Source of the DNA: Eledone cirrhosa
Lineage: Eukaryota
Direction: 5' to 3'
Assembly (NCBI GenBank): GCA_964016885.1
Contig: OZ024742.1
Span: forward strand, 43,090,001 to 43,154,000
Length of the DNA: 64,000 bases
Shown piece after piece: positions 39,213 through 52,417 of this stretch; the first letter of the stretch is position 1, and every line of letters begins with the position of its first letter. The notes below the pieces were generated by a model. That model made no database searches and had not been told where the DNA came from. It worked only from the letters and a program-made list of their open reading frames with translations. Both the position numbers and the translations under genes were made by a program.

Positions 39213-39659
39213 TGCATCTCTCTCCCTATCCACTAGAACCATCAGGAAGCATGCACCTGGGGTTCTGCATGCCAGAGAGCATTCTCCCATATTGTCCTGG
39301 CATATATTATTTTGGTAGTGATAGTGATGTCTGTATACTTTATATATATATATGTCAGAGTATTGTAGTTTGCTTGAAGCATTGTTGAATAGGAAACACA
39401 AATTTAAATAATTTTGAAAACCATACAATGCACTAGAAAGAAAATTAAAATTGATAAGATGACAAAAGAATCTTACCTTAGCAAATTTAATAATACAAAA
39501 TATTTTCTGGTTTAAAAACCCATTATCAAGGGACAATCCCTGTGTGAGACTTAAAGGATCGATCGAAGTTGACTTATTTGGAAAGCAGATGTTCCCTCTT
39601 TGAGAGCTGTTGGGGAGGGGAGATTTGTAATGCACAAACAGGTCCCTGCTGGCCGCTTT

Positions 39660-40420
39660 GCAGTAGAAATCGGTGTGAATTACACCTCTATCAATCTGAA
39701 ATCAAGTAGAGTGAGGGACCCAGAATCGGTGGGATGTTCGATGCTGAACTTGATGTTATTATCAGCATTGTTGAAAGATTCGAAACTCTTGTTGGCATTC
39801 TCCTTGGTGGATGTGAGGATGAGTATATCATCCAGATATCTAGTGAAGAAAGTGCAGGTGTTGCAGGAGCTGAGTACTCGGCGTTCTAGTCTGTTCATAT
39901 ATGAAATGGCCAGTAAACCCAAGATGCTGGATCCCATGGGTCGTCCAAAGGTCTGTTAGTAGGTTTGTCCCAGGAAGTTGAAAAAGGCATTGTTTACAAT
40001 GATGGATAGGAGCTGGTGGATGTCGGTGGTGGTGAAGCCGAAACAATCCAGGTCGCTGAAACCGACACATTCAGTGAGTATGTCCATTGCTGGGAGTGCA
40101 GGTACTGATGTGTAGAGGGATATTACATCTAGTCTGAAGGCGTACCTGTTGGATTTGAAGGTGTCAAGTTCTAGTTGGTTGAATCACTGGATGACATCAT
40201 CCGATCTGTAGACGTGGCTCGGGAAGGTTGTCAACAGGGGCATTAAAATCTTGGACAGAAGCCAAGAGATTTTATAAGATGTTCCTTCAACACTGGAGAA
40301 AATGGGTCTAATTTTCAGGTCGGGTCCTTCTTTGTGGGTTTTGATCAGGTGGTAGAAGTTGGGCAGCCTGCTGTTTCTCGTTATGTAATTGTACCGGAAT
40401 CTCTTCAGGAGCCTTCGTCA
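39660..40420 (-). mobile_element. Penelope-like element RT fragment
   Basis: LPNFYHLIKTHK..KIRPI, LDVISLYTSVP, MGSSILGLLAISYMNRLE, TRYLDDI and NIKFSIE...LTLLDF. Confidence 0.8.
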
Positions 40421-40974
40421 GTCACAGATGTTGGTCCAGGCGGTGTTGATCCAGTTCTATATCAATGCGGGTGTATTTCCTTCTGAACCCTCTTTGGGGT
40501 CTCAGGATATGCAATCTTTGTGTGTCCATCCCACGCCTCCCAGGTCAGATCACAGGCCCATCGCCAGTTTTTACAGCATGAAATGGAGACTGCTATATAT
40601 TTTTCAAACAGGCGCCTCTACCTAAAGCCTGAAATTGTCTCTTGTTCACACACACGAAGGACAATGTGGTATGGTTCTTTTTCGTTTGTCTTACCATATT
40701 GTAGTTTTGGTAGTCTTATTGGTGCCAGTCACCAATTTGTGAAGACTAGGCTTTTTTAGAGGCGCCCTTTACTTGCCTCATCAAAGCTCCATCACTGGGT
40801 TATGAGAGTTTCTTGGGAGTTACAGGTGTCATCCATTGCTCCATCTCTCCTAGTAGTTTATCGCTGTTGGTCCAGGGTTGCTTATTCATCCGGCAGTTAC
40901 CTGTTTATATCGCAACTAACCATCATATCTGGTGGCTGTATTGCTATCCATCATCTGCAACCCATTCTCTAGCA

Positions 40975-41705
40975 GAACAGCTGTTACTTAACTCGACAGA
41001 AAATGATTTCCGACTTGCACTTGATAGGCTTAATGCCAAGTGCTGTATGGCTGGAATGAAAAAAAGCCTGCGCAGTGCACACTATATGTGATTGAAGTTC
41101 TACTGAAGCAGGTAGAGCAGTTCAAGTACCTTGGAGTCGTGTTCCAAAATGATGGAAGGCAGGAGGTTGAATTATGTGCAAGAATTGGAAGAGCTGGTGC
41201 AGAATGTGCCAGCTTCAGAATTCAGTAATCAGAAGGGAGGAAAGTGTGAAAGCCAAACTCGCTATCTTCAATTTGGTATTTATGCCAACCCTTACCTATG
41301 GTTAATGAATCTTAGGTAATGACCAAAAGAATGCAATTGTGAATGCAAGCAGCCAAAATGTGATTCCTCCGATGGGTCTTTGGAGTAACATTACTTGATA
41401 GAGTGCATAGCTTGGAGATCAGAGTCAATCCAGGTAAAGCTGCTACAGCTCCGATACTATGGCATGTGGTTAGAATGTCTCAGGAAAGAATCGCTTGACA
41501 GATTTTACAGGCCAAACCAACTGGCAGGAGACCCTGAGCAAGATGGTTGAATAACATCCATAAGCTCAGCTATTCTCGCTTGGGGATCCAGCTGGATCAG
41601 TTGGGAACAGTTGCTTCTGCCAGGACCCACTGGAAGGAGTGTTCGAGGACTCTTCCCCCATTACCCTTTCAGGGACAAGTGGTGGTGGTGGACAATGATG
41701 ACAAC
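40975..41705 (+). mobile_element. Decayed RTE-clade LINE (second family, no Cys-rich insert)
   Basis: LKQVEQFKYLGV, ARIGRAG, YGHVVRMSQER and QAKPTGRRP. Related fragment at 52418-52750. Confidence 0.7.
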
Positions 41706-42062
41706 AATGACAAATTCAGTTATAAAAGTTCCTTTACTCACACATTTCTACTAGAACTTGGATATGTGTGAGAAGGACAAAGAATGAATAAGAAGGTGAC
41801 CATGTGTAGGATTTGCATATTTATAGTTAATTTCATAAGGATGTATAGAAAAATTCTTTGGAATCTGCACCCAGAACACACTGTAAGGTGGTTGGTGATA
41901 AAAACAAAAACTGTCAGTTTTCTCAGTTGCAGTATCTGCCTGATGACAACAGACCACAATAAATGGTGAGATGTTGAACCAATCACACATTAAAAAAAAA
42001 AAAACAGAAGTAATACTCTGATTTAGAACAAGACCAGCAATTTGGGGGAAGGGGAAAGTCGA

Positions 42063-42806
42063 TTAACCCTTTAGTATTTAAACCAGCCGTATCCAACCAG
42101 AATTCTACCTCTTTCTGTTCAACCTGGCCGTAACTGGCTAGTAATACTCATGTTAACCCTTTAGCATTTACATTTGTATTTTCACAGTAAACACTTTACC
42201 TCACATAATTATCTCGCATAATATTGAATCTATGAGATTTTGATAGTATTTATTTTGAGAACAATGCCTTATCATCAGTATGAGTGGCCAGTTTAATCAG
42301 AAAGAGGTGAGAGAATTCTGGCCGGATATGGCCTGTTTAAATGCTAAAGGTATTGGTCTCAAAATAAATTACATCAAAATCTCATAGATTCAATATTATG
42401 TGAGATAAAACCTTTATCATGAAAATACAATAGTATCATCATCATCATTTCATTTTTACGTCCGCTTTTTCCCTGCTCGCAAGGGTGGGACGGGAACTGA
42501 TTTTGGCTTGGTTTCTACAGCTGGATGCCCTTCCTAACACCAACCTCATTTACAGTGAGTGCTGTGTGCTTTTTTGCCGTGGCACCTGCACGACCACTTT
42601 ACAGTGGAATGATATGGACCCCAGTCCCTATCATCTCATTTCTACAGCTGAGTAAACTGGAGCAATGTGAAATAAAGTGTCTTGCTCAAGGAAACAACAC
42701 ATCACCCGGTCTGAGAATTGAACTCACAACCTTTCGATTGCAAGGCCAATGCTCTAACCACTAAGCCATGTGCCTTCATATATATATGTAAATGCTAAAG
42801 GGTTAA
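42063..42806. mobile_element. Nested TTAA-flanked (piggyBac-type) MITEs
   Basis: Termini TTAACCCTTTAGYATTTA at about 42064 and 42153, and TAAATGCTAAAGG(GTTAA) at about 42350 and 42806. Confidence 0.6.
42436..42780 (-). mobile_element. SINE (tRNA head, CORE-like body, RTE tail)
   Basis: Matches 17990-18480 and is inverted relative to 16225-16542. Confidence 0.7.
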
Positions 42807-43022
42807 ATCAACTCCAGTGCATTACTGGTACTTTATTTTATCGACCCTGTAAGGATGAAAGGTAAAGCGAGCATCCAGTAGAAGTCAAACTCCTATGTCT
42901 TGGATGACACAGTGAGACATCAATAGTTCAATTCCCACATCAACAATTAGTTCAAAATATAAACATACATATTTCATTAGGATAATAATTTGAAAACTAA
43001 AATAAATTCAATTATAAAATTG

Positions 43023-43028
43023 TTTATT
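43023..43028 (-). promoter_or_regulatory. Candidate polyadenylation signal of the CBR gene
   Basis: AATAAA about 100 nt downstream of the TAG stop at 43130. Confidence 0.5.
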
Positions 43029-43129
43029 TTGTAACTAAAGATAATTAAATTTTCTGTGTTTTTCCTTACAGATATAATAATTATTCTATAGCTTCAGTAG
43101 AAAAATATTTATCTTCCATTTATGTCATT

Positions 43130-43227
43130 CTATTTCCATTCCTGGACTTTCCGTTCTGACACATAGTTACCACGAGGTTCTTTAACATTAGGAAGCAATA
43201 AAGCAAGATATACTGGAGTGTCAGCAC
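43130..43227 (-). CDS. CBR1: Carbonyl reductase [NADPH]-like, last coding exon
   Basis: CTAG| (G)ADTPVYLALLLPNVKEPRGNYVSERKVQEWK*; corresponds to the CBR C-terminus GAETPVYLALLP...QW. Confidence 0.95.
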
Positions 43228-44219
43228 CTAGTGGAAAGACAGAAAAAAATAAAACATTTATATATATATATATATATATATATTTTATACATGTTTGGAT
43301 GTACAAACAGATGAAAGAGTATTCAATATTTTAAGCTATATAAGTCAGTGAATTGGTAGTCTTAAGGCAGTTAGATAGAATGCTTGGCAGAATTTGTTCT
43401 AGCTCTTTGCACTCTGAGTTCAAATCATGCATAGGTCAACTTTGTTTTTCATCCCTTGAGGGTTGATAAAGTACCATGACCATGATACAGCTTGTGCCTA
43501 GGGTTCAGCATACCAAGGAGTCTTCTTCAAGACTGACCAGACTTGTATCATTGGGCTAGCGATTGTATAGGTTGTTGATATTTATGACATTGACAAACAC
43601 AAACAGCCATAAGAAAATAATATGGATGTATTTATAAAATTGTCACTATAGTGAGGCAGGCTAACAGGTGAGATAAAACATTCCTTTCTTTTACTTTCTC
43701 TCGCTTTCTTTTTTATTCTACCATCTCATCTTATTTTTCTTTTATATCCTCTTTATTTTTTTTACCCCATTCTTACTCTTGTCCACAGACTGGTGTCAAC
43801 ATTTTATTTCTCACTTCCAGGAAGAAATTGGTTATGTCCACACCTCAAGTGGGATGAGCTCCACTAGATTTAAAGCTAATTCCCTTCCTAATACACATGC
43901 TCACACTGATCCTGACAACAAAGACCAGTCTTTCATGGGCAGATCAAGATGATTAAACACCAGTCATTAACAGACAATAAGAACAATCATTTTATTGCCA
44001 TCTTCCTTGCTAAACAGGGATTAGCTTTGCAAGCCACATAATATATAATATGATATAATGCTTTCTTTATTAACCACAAGGGTTGATAATAATATGGTAT
44101 AATGAAAATTATTGTGTACAGTGCTCAAGTGCACTACAAGTCATCAAAGGTGCATGTATAGTACATAGAATAATGTACACACAGATATGATATACACACA
44201 GATATGATATACACACAGA

Positions 44220-44570
44220 AGAAAGTACCCACCATGTTTGAGAAGCAGGACAACACCAGCAGAGTTGTGCTTATTCTTAAGGTGATATTGCAGATGTAAA
44301 TTCTATAGTTGTTATGGAATTTGATGTCAGAGGTGAAGGAGATGGTACGTTTCAGTTTTCAACAGTAAAAATGCCTGCATAGCATTCAGTAATGAGTTCT
44401 GCACAATCTTTGGGATCATCAGTAATCTGGCTTGTGTGGGGATTGCGAAGAGGATCAACTGGAGAGTGAGGTCTCTGCTTTGAATGTACATATTTCCAGA
44501 ACACTTTGGTGTCAGAGTTGGTTGCTATACACTGTTTAACTTGAAGCACTACCTTTTTCTTGTCACCTGT
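44220..44570 (-). mobile_element. CR1-like LINE fragment (EN-RT linker)
   Basis: KVFWKYVHSKQRPHSPVDPL...DDPKDCAELI. Confidence 0.55.
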
Positions 44571-44609
44571 TTGAGGTCGTTTTTTGTTTTTGTTTCCGTT
44601 AAAGTGATG

Positions 44610-46052
44610 TTATATCTTCCACGCTAGCATGGGTTTAGACGGGAATTGTCCCACTTGGGGCAAGATTGGTTATCTTGCTCATGTAGGACTGTCTGGCATG
44701 TTTTTCTACGGCTGGATGCCCTTCCTAACACCAACCACGTTTACAGTGTGGACTGGGAGGTTTTTACCGTGTTACCTACACGGCCACATTACAGCGTGGA
44801 CTGTGTATTTTTTTGTCGTGACACCTACACAACCTCATTTATTTAGGACTGGATGTTGTGGTACCAACATAACTTTACATCGAAAGGGGTGGGGGTAGGG
44901 GTAGTGGGACGGGGGTGTATTTTGGTTAAGAGGTGCCTACTGACTGTAGGTTTCGCTTTGTACTTAGGTAAGGCGGGTCTTTTGTATTACTGTGTAGCGC
45001 CAAAGATCTCAGTCCAGTGACATTATCTTGGAGAGGTGTAAGTGTGTAAAGTCGGAATTTATCAAGTCGTCCCAGGTTTTTCTGGGTCTGCCTACTCCGT
45101 AGCTACCGTCTATTTTGATCGCCCTGCACTTTTTTATACAGCTGTCGTCTTTCATGTGCATCACGTAACCATACCAACATAGTCTTCTCTCGAGTAAACA
45201 GCATCTGATCCCTCTTATTCCTAATTTCTCACTTAGTTCATTTATGCTTTGCCGTTCACGTATATTACATTACACATCCAACGGAGCATGCAAGCTTCGT
45301 TCCTCTCCAGTCTGCATAGATCCTCTGCACACAATGCCCATGTCTCACTGCCATGTAACATAGCTGTTCGTATGCAGGCACCATACAGTTTGCCTTTCAT
45401 TTTTAGAGAGAAACCTTTAGTGGCCAAAAGTGGTACAAGCTCTCTGAACTTTTTCCATCCCGTTCTGACTCTAGCTACTGTACTTTCAGAGCACCCTCCA
45501 CCACTGCTGATTTTGTCACCCAGGTAACGGAAGGTGTCCACTATTTCTATAGAACCATCTGGGCAATGGAAGGAGCTAGTATCCTGTGGGCACCAGCCAC
45601 ATATAAAATCTATGTTCTTAGTTAGCTTACCTTTGATCCCACATCTTTTATGCACCCATACTTTGCATTTAGGACATAAAATGGAGTTTCTGCCTACTCC
45701 TTTCCTACACACTGAGCATGGCCATTTCCCAGAGGGGACCAGTGCCCTATTTTCCTTCCTACATACTAGAACTTTAGTCTTAGACAAGTTAATTTTAAGG
45801 CCTTTTGATTCTAGGCCATGCTTCCAAGTTTGGAATTTCTTCTCTAGTTCAGCCATTGATTCAGCTATGAGCGTTAGATCATCTGCGTATAGAAGTTCCC
45901 ATGGGCAGCCGGTCTTGAACTCCTCTGTTATAGCCTGAAGGGCAATAATAAATAGGAGGGGGCTAAGGACAGAGCCCTGATGAACACCAACTTTTACGCT
46001 AAACTCTTCACTATATTCGTTGTTAATTCTAACCTTGCTAACTGTTTCTTTA
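44610..46052 (-). mobile_element. RTE-clade LINE 3' part
   Basis: ORF 45242-45856 and the upstream YADD; highly similar to 35740-39212. Confidence 0.9.
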
Positions 46053-46076
46053 ATATATCATGATGATGATGATGAC

Positions 46077-46119
<43 letters not shown>

Positions 46120-46121
<2 letters not shown>

Positions 46122-46345
46122 GCTGTAATGTGGCCATGTAGGTAACACGGTAAAAAGTTCCCAGTTCCACACTGTAAATGTGGTTGGTGTTAGGAAGGGC
46201 ATCCAGCCGTAGAAAACCTACCAGATAGTCCTATATGAGCGAGACACGGTCACCCCGGCCAGCCTTGCCTCAAGTGGGACAACTCCCGTCTAACCCATGC
46301 TAGCGTGGAAAATGGACGTTAAACGAAGATGATGATGATAATGAT
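46120..46345 (+). mobile_element. RTE 3'-tail copy or SINE tail
   Basis: TTGGTGTTAGGAAGGGCATCCAGCCGTAGAAA...CATGCTAGCGTGGAAAATGGACGTTAAACGAAGATGATG. Similar copies at 51438-51606 (-) and 55422-55600 (+). Confidence 0.75.
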
Positions 46346-46868
46346 ATATATATATTTGTGTGTATATATACATATATCATCATCATCACCGTTTCATATA
46401 TATTCTTCCATGCTAGCATGGGTTAGATGAGTTGCCCTGTTGTGGGCAATGCTAGGTCAGGTGCTTGGTTTCTACAGCTGGATGCCCTTCCTAACACCCA
46501 CCCCATTTACAGTGAGTACTGGGTGCCTTTTGATTCATGCCTACACAACCATTTTACAATAATGAATACTGTAATTCTCGTGAAATGTGTTAAAAGGGCA
46601 GTTTTCGGTGATAGTATTATGTTTAGATAGTAGAGCCGTGGTCATGCATTGTTCCTGGTTGCCATCTTTATCTTCTCCAATTTGTTCTTTTTTCTGTATC
46701 TCCTCTTATCCAACCCTCCTGGCTTTCGTTTTCTCCTCCATCTTTAACCTTGTCTTGCTTGGTCTTCCCTTTATTCTACCTCTTCCACATTCATTTCCAT
46801 CGCTTCCATGAACATGATGAATTTGAATTTATCATGTAAAAAAAAAAAAGTTAGATAGAACTCCTTAC

Positions 46869-46932
46869 CTTCATTTATAGTTTTATGTCCTTTGTGACTT
46901 GTCATGTCAGTATCAACATAACCAGGACAGCA
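46869..46932 (-). CDS. CBR1: Carbonyl reductase-like exon
   Basis: TTCAG| CCPGYVDTDMTSHKGHKTINE-G |GTAAGG; 64 bp, phase-compatible with both neighbours. Confidence 0.95.
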
Positions 46933-46987
46933 CTGAAACAGAGAAGACAAATTATTATTTTGAGTAATGAATGTGTGTGGCTTAGTG

Positions 46988-47222
46988 GTTAACCCTTTTG
47001 ATACCATTGCACCCAAAACTGGCTTTGGTTCTATGAATAATTTACACCCATTTTAAATAGTTTCTATTTAAATTAATATCTTCGAACATAATTATATTTA
47101 AGGACTATATGTTAAATTTATTTGCAATAAAATAATCAATCATTTTCATAAATCCTACAAAATATATCATCAATTGAAAGAAAATAGTATTTCATCAAAA
47201 ATAAGGTAATGAAAGGGTTAAC
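46988..47222. mobile_element. TTAA-flanked MITE
   Basis: TTAACCCTTTTGATACC ... GGTAATGAAAGGGTTAA. Degenerate relatives lie at about 47300-47540 and 48345-48450. Confidence 0.55.
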
Positions 47223-49116
47223 AATGTTTAAATTTAACTCTTGCAGTTAAAATTTAGAATGTAAATCAAATCTTTTGAGCTTAAGCCATTTCTGACTTTT
47301 AAACATTTTGATACCAGCCTCTCTCTAACTGCCTCTGGTCTCTGAAGCAAATGTAAACATTTTAAAGGGTTCTTATCTAAATTAAAATCTTCCAACATAA
47401 TTTTATATAAAAACCATATGTTAAATTATTATATTAGTAATGAAATAATTAATGATTTTAGAAAATCCCTCAAAATTCTTTATTAATTAATTAAAATAGA
47501 ATGTATATCATTGGAAATACAAACACGAAAAGTTTAAAGAGTTGAGTTTATAATCGCTGGTAAGAATTCCTTGTGGTACTTAATTATGTCCCAAGTTTAC
47601 ATCTTACAGAGATTGTCTCTGCTTTTCATCTTTCCAACATCAATAAAGTATAGGTTAAGTTCTTGAGTTAACAGCACCCATATTGCAAAATTTTCAAATA
47701 TGATAGAACACACAAGAACAACAAACATTTTAAAACCATTTTCCCATGTTAAATCAGGGATTGGCCTTGCAGAACCCATGACAAGCTTCTCCATTTTGTA
47801 TTATCATCTGCATCTCCTTCACCAATCCCTTGGATTCATTTCGTCTCCCCTCAGTTTTAACCATGTCTTTCTTGATCTTCCCCTTTCTCTACTTCCTTCC
47901 ACATTCATTTCCTTCACCCCTCTCACCCAGTCATTTTCATATATAATACCAATATTAATTGCACTTCTATCATTGAAGACTGTGTCTTTGGATTTGCCTG
48001 CAGTTACATTTCTGGCTAATGATTAGGTCTTCCTGTTAACTTTGATCATATATCTGATTGATCAGAGCTGATTAATGAACTTAAACAAAAACAACCCCAC
48101 CAATAACTGTTCTTATCTTTTCTAATTATTGGGGGGGGGGGGGCAGTTCAACCATTCAAAATATAATCTAAATTTTGTAGTATTTGTAAAAAAAAAAATA
48201 TATAAAATTTAATTGAATTGAAATGAAATGGAAAACATAAAATATCAAAAACCCTTTTATATTCTTTTACTAGTTTTAAAATCTGGATTGTGGCTATTGT
48301 ATAGCCTTTAAATTGATTTTTTGTTTTAATTTGTAATAAAAAATGTAACCCTACGATACCAAACCATCTCTGGTTCTATGATACAAAATTGTTTATATTT
48401 ATCTAAAAACATACCATCATAATTTAATGTAGAAACCTTTGTTAACTAGAAATTTGAAAAATAGATTAGTCAATTAAATCAAGGCCAGTACTTGATTGGT
48501 AGTTTATTGTATGGCCCCCACCCCAGAAGAATGAAAGGCAAAGTCAATCTTGATGGGACTGAAATTCAGATCACAAAGGACCACACCTGAATACTCATTC
48601 TCTCTTATATACACATATATACATCAGGTCCAAACACAAAAGAACCAAACTCTTACCGTCACTGCCGCTGTCTCACCCATTCTCCCCCATCTTTCACTAT
48701 TGTGAGCAAATGGGAGTCCCCATGCTGGCCGCCCCACGGCCGCGGCAGGCTGGGGGACACCCTGCTGCCCTGGTGGACAGAATAGAAAAGGCGTTTCCAC
48801 GGAGGACGGCGTGGGAGACACGCTGGAAGATCAATTCCAGCTCACAAGGCTCACACCTGCAGGTGGTCAACTCTGTGCCGATGGTGGTGAACAAGGAGGT
48901 GGCCCTAAGGCCAAGGACACCAGAAGTCTCCACTGCCACTGGCTCGACCGAAAACCTGTTGGAGAGTGGTTCCAAACACCATCTTAATGAGGAAATCAAT
49001 TATATTACTAAATACCTCCACATTCTTGATTATTTTTTTATATAATTTGAAAACAAGCAATACCATTCATTAAAAATATGTTCATAAAAAGGTTAAATGA
49101 ATTAATTAATAATTAC

Positions 49117-49258
49117 TGCATTAACAACAACATCTTCTTTGCCTTCAGCATCTAAAACTCTTTGTTGAATTACAGACATGGCAGTTACTCCCATCTTAGA
49201 AACACCATAGGCTGTTGTTGGCCAACCTTTTGCTTCATGATCACCATTTTTCACATCA
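49117..49258 (-). CDS. CBR1: Carbonyl reductase-like exon containing the catalytic YxxxK
   Basis: TTCAG| DVKNGDHEAKGWPTTAYGVSKMGVTAMSVIQQRVLDAEGKEDVVVNA |GTAATT; 142 bp. Confidence 0.95.
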
Positions 49259-49549
49259 CTGAAGTTAAAATTGTAAAATATATTAAATAAATTATTTTAA
49301 TGAATAAATTAAACATTTAATAAACAGTTATAGTATTGTTGTTCAAGCCCAAGTCACACCAGCTGAAGAAACCTATTTATCATCAAAAACACTCTACCTA
49401 TGACCAGTGTTCTTTTTGTTGTTTTTAGTTATTATAGAGGGATATGAGGGAGATTTGGATACTATTTCTAGCACCTCGTGTGGTCACAGAAAGGCTCATT
49501 AGCTATAGTGTATTACTATAATATTTACCATATTATATTGTTTATTATA

Positions 49550-49732
49550 TAATTGTTTCTACTTTTTGGTACAAGGCCAGCAATTACCCCAGTGCATTAC
49601 TGGTACTTTATTTTATCGAGCCTGTAAGGATGAAAGGCAAAGTTAACCTCGGTAGGATTTGAACTCAGAACATAAAGGGCCAAAACCTTATGCTACAAAG
49701 CATGGCGTCCAGCCCTCTACCAATACTGCCAA
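49550..49732 (-). mobile_element. Nin/Deu-core SINE
   Basis: Closely matches 12720-12909 and 62722-62912. Confidence 0.75.
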
Positions 49733-50207
49733 ACAGAAAGTGCTGAATATTGTAACAGAGTAAATTTGAACACTGTTTTCTACAATATAATCTAAACAGT
49801 TTTATAAAATATAATTTGAACTTTGTTTTATAATAATACTAGCAGCAGGCGTTGCATGGGGTAAGAAACGTGAAATAGCAACACGCATATGCAAAGATTG
49901 AGGAATGTAGCTGTGTACTTTTTGAATTCCCTTATTCTCAAGGAATTATTGTTCATCTACTGAAAATGTAGAACACCAGCAGGCCAAATCCAGTAGTACC
50001 AGAGTCAGTGGGCTAATAGCAGAAATCTTGTATGCAAAAGGAGTAAATGTTGTGGGGCGATGTATGTCGTAAGTCTGTTCGCGAATTACATCACGGATGG
50101 GGAACACACGCCAGTCTGAAGGAGTGACATAGTCAATTGTGTGAAAACCAAGCTATCCATATTGAGTCCAGGATGCTCTGGAGTATAGTGTTCACATCTC
50201 CAGAGTT

Positions 50208-50960
50208 CTAGAACTCATGCCAGTTTGGGCGCTGTAGCTCAGTGCAGTACAAGTTCCAATCTGCTTTCTTCCAATCAAAGCAAGCAGATTGGAGATGGTT
50301 CTGGTTTTTGTTGCTGCCCGCAAGAGCCAGATTGGCAATGATCATAGCATGATCAGAGTCGCCTAGAGGTTCCTCAGTAGTACAACTGATAACCACTTCA
50401 GGAGTAGTGGTGAAGATCAGGTCCAAAGTGTTGTCACCTCTTGTTGGAGAGGTGACTACTTGTGATCAGTTTGAGTCCAGCACTAGCTCAAGGAAATCGT
50501 TTGCACTTTGTGGCCAACGAAAGGTTTCCCAATCGATCTCAGGATGATTGAAGTCACCTGCAATAAACACATAAGTGGCTGTTTTCCTGGCAGCAGCTCT
50601 GAGGATATCGCAAAGCTGTATGTCCTGATGGTAGTTTGGGGGGCGATAAACAACACCAAGCAGAAATGTTGACATGATCATACCTATGTCACAAAAAAAA
50701 ACTTCTTGTGATTCGTTCACATCAACGCAAGGGATTACCGAAAAGTTTGAACGAACGTAGACCATCACACTACCACCACGGCGATTAATGCGGTCCTTGC
50801 AGAAAAGGTTGTACCCAGTAATGCTGAAAACCCCATCACAGAGTAAGGAATGTGCCCATGTTTCCGTGACTGTGATGAAGTTAGGGTCGATGCTTCTGAC
50901 GTAGGAGTTAAACAGATGCATCTTGTTGCATAAGCTGCGAACATTTAAGGACAACAATTT
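50208..50960 (-). mobile_element. CR1-clade LINE APE endonuclease fragment
   Basis: LSLNVRSLCNK, VTETW, DRINRRGGSV, VYRPP, AGDFNHPEIDW, PTRGDNTLDLIF and GDSDH. Confidence 0.85.
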
Positions 50961-51795
50961 GTACCCTGCTTGCAGTTTATGATGGTGTGTAGAGGATGGC
51001 AGGTTATTCTGGTTTAGTTTCCCAAAGTTGTTGCATTTTTTTCATGTATGTTAGCGTGTGAGCCCCCTATGGCAGTAGTGAAGTAGTGCTCATAGTTAAT
51101 ACATGCTGCATGTATTAACCTCCTTAACAACCTCCTTAATAGAGAATGAGAAGTAGAGGAAAGTATATAAGGCTCTCCCAACAAGTGGTAAATTTCCATT
51201 GGTTCCAATTATATATGTTCTAGTTGATTCAATCAACAGAAATGAAATCAACAGGCAAGTGGCTGAGTAGTTCACTGACATATATGTTAAGGGAGATTTA
51301 TCATGATATACAGTGTGTGTTCCAAACCATGAAATCTAAGGATAATTTACTAAATAAAAAACAGGAACTAATTATTTTATGCAATCATAAAATCCTGAAA
51401 ACATTTAAATACTATAAACCCACCTAATACTTGAAATCATCATCATCATCGTGTAACGTCTATCTTCCACGCTAGCATGGGCGAGACGGGAATTGTCCCA
51501 CTTGAGGCAAGGTTGATCGAGTAACCGTGTCTCGCTCATATAGGACTGTATCTGGCAGGTTTTCTATTGCTGGATGCCCTTCCTAACACCAACCACATTT
51601 ACAGTGGGGTCTGATTATAACTAGTTTCTTCAACCAAGTGAGACATAACTGGAAATAATATACTCTTACTCAAATAAAATATCTATAAAATAAATGAATG
51701 TTGGTAATTACTTAAATCAGCAATATATATCTAAAAGCCGACTGAACACCAGGCCAGCCCTAGGCTGAACAGATTCAAGATGAAATAATGCATAC

Positions 51796-51924
51796 CTAAC
51801 AAACTGAGCCATCAAATTTTCCAGCTGTGGTATAGTCAAGTCTTTAGCAGTGAATTTCGCTCTCAGTTCTTTGGAACATTTCTGAAGTGACATTATGGAG
51901 ACCATACTGGAAACATTGACCACC
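51796..51924 (-). CDS. CBR1: Carbonyl reductase-like exon
   Basis: TTTTAG| (R)VVNVSSMVSIMSLQKCSKELRAKFTAKDLTIPQLENLMAQFV |GTATG; 129 bp, includes the catalytic Ser motif VSS. Confidence 0.95.
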
Positions 51925-52375
51925 CTAAAACAAAAATACAAAATATAATTGATACTAGATAACACTGAGAAAAGCCTACAGCCTAATTAGAACCAACACC
52001 AAATATCACAGATCACTATGGCATTTTTAAGTGTTTTATTTATAAGTTTATACATACATACATACATATATACATACATATGCATACACACACACATAAT
52101 CAAGGACTTGAAAAATTCCACTGTTCTCTCTCTTTCCTCCCATCTCTCACACAAACACGCTTATCATCTCCTTTTCATAAAGATTTGTTACAGCATGAGA
52201 GTAAAAAGAAACATTTCAACATTGCTGCTACAACAATTACCATTACTCTCTCTCTCTCTCATATGCACATGACTACTGAGACAGCTGTGACATGACTCAG
52301 TTTAAAACATTCATAGTGAGACCCCTGTATGTTTATTATACATAAATATATTGCATATGCCTTCATATCCACCTC

Positions 52376-52414
<39 letters not shown>

Positions 52415-52417
52415 TAC

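Noticed and set aside
39660-40420. Hammerhead ribozyme associated with the Penelope fragment
   Set aside because: No CTGANGA...GAAA core with flanking stems was seen; only RT coding remnants are present.
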